DNA from: Polyangiales bacterium
Lineage (GTDB): Bacteria > Myxococcota_A > Polyangia > Polyangiales > Ga0077539
Assembly (NCBI GenBank): GCA_044229975.1
Contig: JBGARZ010000004.1
Span: 224,001-288,000, forward strand
Direction of reading: 5' to 3'
DNA length: 64,000 nucleotides
Every line of letters starts with the position of its first letter. The stretch's first letter is position 1. Positions 13,301-19,833 of this stretch are shown here, piece by piece. Below the pieces are notes generated by a model. The model was not told the DNA's origin, did not search any database, and was given only the letters and a program-made list of their open reading frames with translations. The position numbers were made by a program, and so were the translations under genes.

Positions 13301-14565
13301 CCACGGTCATCCCGCTCTCGGTGACCATCCCGGTGAGCACCTCGTCGAACATCGGCGGCGTGTACTCGGGCTACGACCGCGCCGTGATCGTCACGGGCAC
13401 CAACGCGTTCCACATCGAGCTGCCCTCGGGCACGACCCGCGACCTCGGCGACCAGGGCATCCCCGACTTCCGTCGCGGCTGCACCGGCACCTGGGCCAAC
13501 TGGGGCGTCGTCGAGGCCATCAACGGCGTGCTCTACCTGGACTACCTGACCACGACCAACCGCGTCTTCCGCGTGCAGGTCGGCGCCACGGCGGGCACGG
13601 TCATCGGAACCCAGGCCTTCCTCAACCTCGGTGATGCGTGCTCGTTCACGGTCTCGCCGACGCTCAACCGCTGGTACTTCTCCACCGACGCGGCGTCGCA
13701 GTTCCGCGTGGGCACCGACACCCTGGTGTCGTGCAGCGCGACCTGGAGCCGCCCGAGCGACACCTTCCAGGTGAGCTCGCTCGCGGCCACCGGCTGCGGC
13801 ACCGCTGAAGTGGGCATCGGGTCCAACCGCGCGGCCATCTCGGGCAACGACGTGGGCGGCGTGGCGCTGTCGACGACCAACGTGTTCTTCGGCGGCGAGA
13901 CCTCGGCGGTGCGCGCGTCGGCGGGCGATCTCGGCGGCGTGGCGCAGGTCACCCCGGCGCGTCGCCTCGACGTCCTGGCGTCGGACCTCCGCTTCGGGCG
14001 CGTCTTCGCGCTGGGCAACGGAACCACCCCGGCGTCTGCCAACTCGACCACGGCGATCAACAGCCTGATCGAGATCGACGGCAACACGGGCACGGCGACG
14101 GGTCGCACCATCGCGCTCTCGCAGGCGCTCACCCTCACCGCGGGTGCGGGCGTCTTCTCGGGCTGGGACACCATCGGTCTCTGGACCGGCGGCCGCGCCT
14201 ACGAGATCGCGCTCCCGACGGGCACCGTGCGCGACCTCGGGGCCGTCACCGTCTCCGGCTTCGGCTGCGAGGGCGGGTACTTCTACGGCATCCTCGAGTT
14301 CTTCGGGGGCAACTACTACTTCGTCAACCGCAACGGGACGACGGGTAACAACCAGCGCATCACGCGCACGCTCATCCCGACGGGCACGGTCACGAACATC
14401 GCGACGTTCACCAACCTCGGTGACATGTGCAGCGTGAACTTCGCGCCGGGCCGCAACCGCTGGTTCTTCCACGCGGAGACGACGAACCAGTTCCGCACGC
14501 CGGCGGCGGCGGAGCAGCAGATCCAGACCCTGGGTTACTGCTCCGGCGCGTTCGCGCGGCCGTAG
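10366..14565 (+). CDS. Large Cys-rich repeat surface lipoprotein (myxobacterial CGxCGxxC repeats)
   Basis: GAGGAGG RBS; lipobox 'VQAC'; GDTGTP linker; 12 Cys-rich ~41-aa repeats; duplicated C-terminal domain. Confidence 0.88.
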   Translation: MMRDPWARRGLLIAVLAAVQACDSDPPAAGADVPVVNNDTGTTDDAGTTDDTGTPGDTGTPGDTGTPGDTGTPGDTGTPGDTGTPDDTGTPGDTGTPVDAPSCLSGQTSCAGSCVNAQTDNANCGTCGTVCGTGQTCTAGVCTCMTGQTLCSGACFDTQSSDAHCGACGTACPSGQTCRAGVCGAACAAPRTVCGTTCADTQTDSANCGSCGTACPTGQTCQMGACACAGGGRVCGGACINAQTDNNNCGDCGVVCPSGQTCTAGTCACPGGQAACGTACVNLQTDGTNCGSCATACGAGQTCTAGVCTCPSGQANCAGTCANLQTSNTNCGTCGTACSAGLTCIAGSCGCPTGQANCGGSCINVQTDNANCGTCGAACPAGQTCGAGVCGCPAGQTACGATCVNVRTDNANCGACGTACSGGETCMNGVCACAAGQTSCSGACVNTRTDNTNCGTCGTACVTGQSCTNGVCACPAGQALCSGACVNQQNDNSNCGMCGRACTGGSSCNAGVCTFAPPANDTRAAAVDVNMTAAASTFTVNTTMATNNTTGPASCGCTNGRDVFYRFVLTAPELVYADTIGSAFNTSLFFQDSAGANIAAAGVTGGAFCADDGGLGCTIGQQSQGLVSLAAGTYYLVISGCDQGAATVHFQHLPVGGATFPLVRTEGVTTTTTGTLTGTSQFAASCGNNGAGPEQTGWLVTCPTYAGGAFNLTTAGDQRTDTVLDQRSAARTVVGACNDDTNFFQSALGTTLPAGAGLHTVYVDSFNAMLPTGQGGYTLRYTLGACAAGTTLCTNRCVNFQTDNTNCGACGTTCTGGSACTAGVCACPAGQSYCGGSCIVTTGDVNNCGTCGNRCGFGQVCGRGGCVNAVTGPSFQVTGLTATACFTADALALVGDTTGGIAVSATQVFDGGSFTSRFSATNLTGGARVGTNYDGLLSNLRTNEVYALGTASGFLTRATGAQTITRLVRLDPATGAATATVIPLSVTIPVSTSSNIGGVYSGYDRAVIVTGTNAFHIELPSGTTRDLGDQGIPDFRRGCTGTWANWGVVEAINGVLYLDYLTTTNRVFRVQVGATAGTVIGTQAFLNLGDACSFTVSPTLNRWYFSTDAASQFRVGTDTLVSCSATWSRPSDTFQVSSLAATGCGTAEVGIGSNRAAISGNDVGGVALSTTNVFFGGETSAVRASAGDLGGVAQVTPARRLDVLASDLRFGRVFALGNGTTPASANSTTAINSLIEIDGNTGTATGRTIALSQALTLTAGAGVFSGWDTIGLWTGGRAYEIALPTGTVRDLGAVTVSGFGCEGGYFYGILEFFGGNYYFVNRNGTTGNNQRITRTLIPTGTVTNIATFTNLGDMCSVNFAPGRNRWFFHAETTNQFRTPAAAEQQIQTLGYCSGAFARP
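10479..10656 (+). repeat. Coding 18-bp tandem repeat (about 10 x G/D-D-T-G-T-P)
   Basis: Translation NDTGTTDDAGTTDDTGTPGDTGTP... Confidence 0.9.
10669..11904 (+). repeat. Ten tandem ~123-bp coding repeats (8-Cys module); two more copies at ~12718-12963
   Basis: Repeated C-x6-C-x3-C...NCGxCGxxC-x5-C-x4-C. Confidence 0.9.
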
Positions 14566-14582
14566 TCCCCATCGCCTGAAAA

Positions 14583-14607
14583 GGGAGGCCCCGGCCGGGT
14601 GCCTCCC
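14583..14607 (+). terminator. GC hairpin after the large lipoprotein gene, possible terminator
   Basis: gggaggc...gcctccc stem followed by a pyrimidine run; no clear U tract. Confidence 0.3.
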
Positions 14608-14658
14608 GCTCTCCCTCTCTCGTCATCCCGAACCGCATCCTCCGCTACCATCGCGGGC

Positions 14659-16062
14659 ATGGAGATCGAGTTCGTCGGCGCCGCCCAGACCGTCACCGGG
14701 TCGATGCACCTCGTGCGCACGCCGCACGCCACGCTGCTGCTAGACTGCGGGCTCTTCCAGGGGCGCCGCCAGGAGAGCGCCGAGCGCAACCGCAAGCTCC
14801 CGCTGCCCGTCGGGTCCATCGACGCGGTGGTGCTCTCGCACGCGCACATCGACCACTCGGGGGCGCTGCCGCTGCTGGTGAAGCAGGGCTACGACGGGCC
14901 CATCTACGCGACGCACGCCACGCGCGACCTCTGCGCCGCCATGCTCGTCGACGCGGCCTCCATCCAGGAGGCCGACGCCCGCTACCTCAACAAGCAGATC
15001 GACCGCGGCGAGCTCGACGCCGACCGGGTCGAACCGCTCTACACCGAGGCCGACACCATGAAGGCATTGGAGCGCTTCGTGGGCCTGTCGTACCGCCGCA
15101 CCCACGAGATCGCGAAGGGCGTGCGGCTCACCTTCTTCGACGCGGGCCACGTGCTCGGCAGCGCCGTCACCGCGCTCGATGTCGAGGAGGGCGGCCGAAC
15201 CCGCCGGCTGGTGTTCACGGGCGACCTCGGGCGCAACCGCATGCCCATCCTGCGCGACCCCGAGGTGGTCCCCGACGCGGAGGTGCTCATCAGCGAGAGC
15301 ACCTACGGCGACCGGCTCCACGACCCCATCGCCAAGATGGACGACGACCTCGCCGAGACCATCAAGCGCACCTTCGCCCGCGGCGGAAAGGTCATCATCC
15401 CGGCCTTCGCCCTGGAGCGCGCGCAGGAGATCGTCTTCGCCCTCAAGGCCCTGCGTCGCGAAGGGTCGCTGCCGCCCGTCCCGGTCTACATCGACTCGCC
15501 GCTGACGGTGAAGATCACCGAGGTGTTCAAGATGCACCCCGAGTGCTTCGACGACGAGGCCCGGGCGCTGCTGCGCGCCAACGACTCGCCCTTCGACTTC
15601 GACGGGCTGCGCTACGTCGGCGACGTGGAGGACAGCCGCGCCCTGTCGCTCGACCCGACCCCCGCGGTGGTCATCTCGGCCAGCGGGATGTGCGAGGCCG
15701 GCCGCGTGCTCCACCACCTCCGCGCCACCCTCGGCGACGAGAAGAACACCGTGCTCATCGTCGGCTTCCAGGCGCAGCACACGCTCGGCCGGCGGCTGGT
15801 CGAGCGGCGCGCGAAGGTGCGCATCTTCGGGGTGGAGCGCGAGCGCCGCGCCGAGGTGGTGGTGCTCAACGGATTCAGCGCCCACGCCGACCGCGACGAC
15901 CTGCGGCGTTATACCCAGGCGTGTAAAGAGCAGGGCGACCTGAAGACCGTGGCGCTGGTGCACGGCGAGCTGAAGGCCCAGTCGTCGCTGCGCGACGCCC
16001 TGCTGGGTGACGGGGCCCCGCGCGTGATCATCCCCGAGGCGGGGGACCGCCTGACGGTCTGA
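14659..16062 (+). CDS. MBL-fold metallo-hydrolase, beta-CASP RNase type
   Basis: 'VTGSMH', 'DCGLFQG', 'SHAHIDHSG', 'AGHVLG', 'ESTYGDR', 'FSAHAD'. Confidence 0.92.
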   Translation: MEIEFVGAAQTVTGSMHLVRTPHATLLLDCGLFQGRRQESAERNRKLPLPVGSIDAVVLSHAHIDHSGALPLLVKQGYDGPIYATHATRDLCAAMLVDAASIQEADARYLNKQIDRGELDADRVEPLYTEADTMKALERFVGLSYRRTHEIAKGVRLTFFDAGHVLGSAVTALDVEEGGRTRRLVFTGDLGRNRMPILRDPEVVPDAEVLISESTYGDRLHDPIAKMDDDLAETIKRTFARGGKVIIPAFALERAQEIVFALKALRREGSLPPVPVYIDSPLTVKITEVFKMHPECFDDEARALLRANDSPFDFDGLRYVGDVEDSRALSLDPTPAVVISASGMCEAGRVLHHLRATLGDEKNTVLIVGFQAQHTLGRRLVERRAKVRIFGVERERRAEVVVLNGFSAHADRDDLRRYTQACKEQGDLKTVALVHGELKAQSSLRDALLGDGAPRVIIPEAGDRLTV

Positions 16063-16098
16063 GCGGTTGCGGGGCGTACCGTGCTAGCGTGGCCGACG

Positions 16099-17694
16099 GT
16101 GAAGGCGCTGGCGCGCAGTCTCGTGATCGCGGCGATGTTGGCGGGCTGCGCCGACGAGCGGCCACCGGGGCTCACGACGAGCGACGCTTCGTACTCCGAC
16201 CTCGGCGGGTGGAGCGACGCCGCGCCGCGCGGTGACGGGTCGCTCGGGCCGCGCGGGGCGTCGACGTACCCGGCGTACGACCTCACGGTGACGCTGCCCT
16301 TCAACGGCCCCGAGGTGACGTTCGAGATGCAGGCCGAGCCCCGCGCGACGAGGCTCGACGTGCACCTCAACGTCGACACCACCGGGAGCTTCAGCGGCGA
16401 GATCAACAACCTGAAGAGCGCCCTCGGCAACACCATCATCCCGGCGCTGCGGGCGCGGGTGGGCGACCTCGCCATGGGGGTGTCGCGCTTCGGGGAGTTT
16501 CCGGTGGCGCCCTTCGGTCGCAACACCGACCATGCCTACAACCTGTTGACGCCCATCACGGTCGACCTCGCGCAGGTGACGACGGCGGTCAACTCCCTCG
16601 ACCGACCGCTGCAAAACGGCGGCGACCCGGCCGAGCCTTGGGGCGAGGCGCTCTACCAGATCGCGACGGGCGAGGGGCTCTCGGGATTGGCGATCGGCAA
16701 CATCGCGCGCTTCACGCCGCCCGCGGGGACGGCGCCAGGGAGCGTGTTTGGCGGCGTCGGGTTTCGGGCGGGCGCGGCGCGGGTGGTGATCAACGTGACG
16801 GACGCGCGCTCGCACGAGCCGTCGGACTACGGCGAGGCGGTGCCGGGGACGCACTCCACCACGCAGGCGACGGCGGCGCTCCAGCTCATCGGGGCGCGGA
16901 TGATCGGCATCGCGTCGGGGGACGGGTCGCGCGCGCAGATGGAGGCCATCGCGATCGGCACGGGGGCGGTGGCGCCCGCGTCGGGCGGACGGTGCCCGAC
17001 GGGCATCTCGGGGTCGTCGCGCGGGGCCGTCAACGGGATGTGCCCGCTGGTGTTCGACATCGCGGAGGACGGCACGGGGCTCGGGGCGGCGCTGGTCGAT
17101 GGGATCTTGAGGTTCCTGGACTCGCTGGCGTTTGCGCTGGTGGACGGGCGGGCGTCGGACGACCCGCGCGGGTTCGTGCGGGCCATCGAGGCGGCCTCGG
17201 CGGTGGCGCCCGAAGGGGCGACCGCGCCGCGCCGGGAAGACCGCTCGCCGACGACGATGCTCGACGGGGTGCCGGACACCTTCGTGACGGTTCCGACGCG
17301 GACGCGGCTGACGTTTCGGGCGCACCTGCGCAACACGACGACGCCAGAGACGGAATACCCGCAGCTGTATTTCGTGCGGGTGACGCTGGTGGGCGACGGC
17401 GTGGTGGTGGGCGAGCGGATGGTGCGGGTGATCATCCCAGAGGGCCCGAAGGCCGACGCGGGAGACGGTGGAGACGCCGTGGTGCCAGCGGACCTGGTGG
17501 TGGCGACGGACGTGGGGATGGACGCGGGTACGGACGCGGGCGTGGTGGATGCGGGGACGCGGGACGTCGGCGTGGCGGACGTGGGCGCGGTGGATGCGGG
17601 GACGCGGGACGTAGGGACGCCGGACGTGGGCGTGGTGGATGCGGGCGTGGTGGATGATCCCGACGCGGCGGTCGACGCGGGCGTGGAGGACTGA
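16099..17694 (+). CDS. vWA-domain lipoprotein with acidic repetitive tail
   Basis: Lipobox 'LAGC', MIDAS-like 'DTTGS', 'GGDPAE', 'TDARSH'; DAG-rich C-terminal repeats. Confidence 0.7.
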   Translation: MKALARSLVIAAMLAGCADERPPGLTTSDASYSDLGGWSDAAPRGDGSLGPRGASTYPAYDLTVTLPFNGPEVTFEMQAEPRATRLDVHLNVDTTGSFSGEINNLKSALGNTIIPALRARVGDLAMGVSRFGEFPVAPFGRNTDHAYNLLTPITVDLAQVTTAVNSLDRPLQNGGDPAEPWGEALYQIATGEGLSGLAIGNIARFTPPAGTAPGSVFGGVGFRAGAARVVINVTDARSHEPSDYGEAVPGTHSTTQATAALQLIGARMIGIASGDGSRAQMEAIAIGTGAVAPASGGRCPTGISGSSRGAVNGMCPLVFDIAEDGTGLGAALVDGILRFLDSLAFALVDGRASDDPRGFVRAIEAASAVAPEGATAPRREDRSPTTMLDGVPDTFVTVPTRTRLTFRAHLRNTTTPETEYPQLYFVRVTLVGDGVVVGERMVRVIIPEGPKADAGDGGDAVVPADLVVATDVGMDAGTDAGVVDAGTRDVGVADVGAVDAGTRDVGTPDVGVVDAGVVDDPDAAVDAGVED

Positions 17695-18097
17695 GTCCCG
17701 ACGGGGGGTGACGCGTCGGGAGCGCTGGCGGGCCCTTCGGGGGTGTGGTGCTGGTTCGATCGGTGGCGTGACATCGCGATGGCACCTCCGCCGCCATGGC
17801 GGCCGCCACCTGCCGCCACCCCTCGACGTTCGCGATTCATCGGTAGAACGTGGTCTTTCGGCGCGGCACACGCGTCGCTCTGCGCGCGGGCACGCCCATG
17901 GCCGACGGCGGTGGACACGCCCAGGTAGGATCGCGCGACCCCGTTCGCGACGGGGTGCTCGAGCTGCGGGGGGAGGCGCATGAGCGAGACGGCAGCGACG
18001 CAGTGCGACCGGGTGCTGCCCGCGGTGCCGACGGGAGACATGGATCTCGACGCGCCTTCGCCCTGACCCGCGGCGAGCGCCCGCGAGCCGTCGCGCC

Positions 18098-18162
18098 CTG
18101 CGCTCCGTGGATAGCGCTTCTGCGCTCCGTGGATAGCGCTTCTGCGCTCCGTGGATAGCGCT
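18098..18162. repeat. Intergenic tandem repeat, 3 x 22 bp (CTGCGCTCCGTGGATAGCGCTT)
   Basis: Units start at 18098, 18120 and 18142 (third copy 21/22); no spacers. Confidence 0.95.
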
Positions 18163-18230
18163 CGCTCGCTGTTGGTGCGAGCCTCCCCGCATCGGCGGCA
18201 GTCCTTCCCGTCCGACTCCAGGAGTCCACG

Positions 18231-19178
18231 ATGCGATCCCTTCTCGTCCCGGTTGCCCTGCTGGGCGTCGCTTGCGCCCCGGTGCCCGACGCCGTCTCCG
18301 AGCGCGAGGGCGGCGTGCCCGCGCTCGACGACTCCCTCCCCGAGCACGTGGCGCAGGCCGCGCAGGCCGCCACCGTGTGCCCGAACGGCGTCCTGCTGCG
18401 CAAGGAGGTGCGCGACCTGTCCTCCACCGAGTGGAACCGCTTCGTCACGGCGGTGCGGACCCTCATGAGCGGCACGAGGCCCACCGCCTACGACCGGGCG
18501 GTCAAGCCCTACGCGGACAACTACGGCTTGACGCATGGCGTCTCGCCGTTCTTCCCCTACCAACGCGCGTTCCTTCGGGATTTCGAGCGCCAGCTCCAGG
18601 CGATCGACCCCAGCGTGACAGTGCCCTACTGGGCCCTGTCGTTCGATTCCCAGGCCCCCGAGGCGTCGTCGATCCTCTCCGCGAGTCGATTCGGCGGGAA
18701 CGGAACCGGCACCTCTCACTGCGTCACCAATGGGGCCTTCGCAGGTTGGCAGCCCTTCTACGAGAGGTTCCACTGCCTCTCGCGGCAGTACAACCTGGGC
18801 AGTCGGATCGGCGCGTTCTACTCGGTCGAGGCCATCAACCGGGTCATCAGCACCAGCACGACGTACGACCAGTTCCGGCAGGCCATCGAGTACACCCCGC
18901 ACTCCCTGGTGCACACCAACATCGGGGGCGACATGGCGACCCGCTACTCCCCCAACGACCCGCTCTACTGGGTCGCCGAAGCCTATTGGGACAAGGTCTG
19001 GTCGGACTGGCAGCAGGCGAGGGCCGTCAACCGGACCGCCTACGGCGGACGGAACGCCAACGGCACCACCGCCCTCCCGACCGACCTCCTGCCGGGCTTC
19101 CCGATCCGCGTGCAGGACACGTTTGACACGAGCGCTCTCTGCTACCGCTACCAGCGCTTCAGCTGGACAGGGCAGTGA
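18231..19178 (+). CDS. Tyrosinase-family lipoprotein with degenerate copper sites
   Basis: AGGAG RBS; lipobox 'GVAC'; 'LRKEVRDLS', 'VPYW', 'PHSLVH', 'GGDM...SPNDP'; several ligand His substituted. Confidence 0.85.
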   Translation: MRSLLVPVALLGVACAPVPDAVSEREGGVPALDDSLPEHVAQAAQAATVCPNGVLLRKEVRDLSSTEWNRFVTAVRTLMSGTRPTAYDRAVKPYADNYGLTHGVSPFFPYQRAFLRDFERQLQAIDPSVTVPYWALSFDSQAPEASSILSASRFGGNGTGTSHCVTNGAFAGWQPFYERFHCLSRQYNLGSRIGAFYSVEAINRVISTSTTYDQFRQAIEYTPHSLVHTNIGGDMATRYSPNDPLYWVAEAYWDKVWSDWQQARAVNRTAYGGRNANGTTALPTDLLPGFPIRVQDTFDTSALCYRYQRFSWTGQ

Positions 19179-19558
19179 GGGGCTGACGCCGTCGACGCCC
19201 GCTGCGCGCTCCGGGTGATGCTCGACGAGGCCCTGGCGCAGTCGCCGGGGGACGCTCGATGCGCTCGACAGGAGCGGGACGGATGTTCCGGCGGGCGGGT
19301 GTTCGCCGGAGCCGAGAGCCCTGACCGAGAGATCATTGGCGGTTCGCGCGCGCCACCACTCAACCCTGCTCAGGGCACGGCGACGACGCGGAAGCAGCTC
19401 GGGCCGAAGGCGTCGATGCCCGACTGGCGCGGCTCTGCCCGCCGGCGCCGATCTGACCGGCGCCGCAGCTGATGGTGCCGGTGTTGTACTTCGCGGTCTG
19501 GGCCATCTGTAAACCCGAGCGAATCCGGGCCGACGACGGTGCCCCGTTGGACGCCCCA

Positions 19559-19693
19559 TGCGCGGGGTTCGAGCTCACCCCAGAGCAAGAGGCCGGCATG
19601 GAGACCGGGCTTCGTTCGACAAGGGAGGGACGCGTGGTGTCGCTCGAAGAAGCGCACGCCCGGATGACGGCGAAGCTCTCGGCGCTGCGATGA
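19559..19693 (+). pseudogene. C-terminal part of a ParD/addiction-module antitoxin-like gene
   Basis: 'ELTPEQEAGMETGLRSTREGRVVSLEEAHAR'; start unclear; ATGA overlap with the next ORF. Confidence 0.5.
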
Positions 19694-19821
19694 ACCCCGA
19701 CCGGGCGGTGTGCACCGACGACGCCACGATCGACCCGGAGGAGCTGGCGGAGTACCTCGACGCTCCCAACCCCGTCGCTGACCGTCCCGCCCGTTGTTGG
19801 CTCCCGTCGCGTCGTCCCTGA
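19690..19821 (+). pseudogene. Truncated ParE/RelE-like toxin N-terminus
   Basis: 'RAVCTDDATIDPEELAEYLDAPNPVA' resembles the ParE start (V-x-x-T-x-x-A-x-x-DL-x-x-I-x-x-Y...NP-x-AA); only 43 codons. Confidence 0.45.
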
Positions 19822-19833
19822 TACACCCGGCGC

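Noticed and set aside
10108..14472. 1454-aa minus-strand ORF (likewise 19360-21744, 16827-19559, 62229-63956, 6064-7887)
   Set aside because: Antisense shadows of real genes; stop codons are scarce at this GC content and no motifs are present
17700..18090. Short ORFs between the vWA and tyrosinase genes
   Set aside because: No recognisable motif, RBS or consistent codon bias in any frame
18098..18162. Possible mini CRISPR array
   Set aside because: Units are directly adjacent with no spacers, and no cas genes are present
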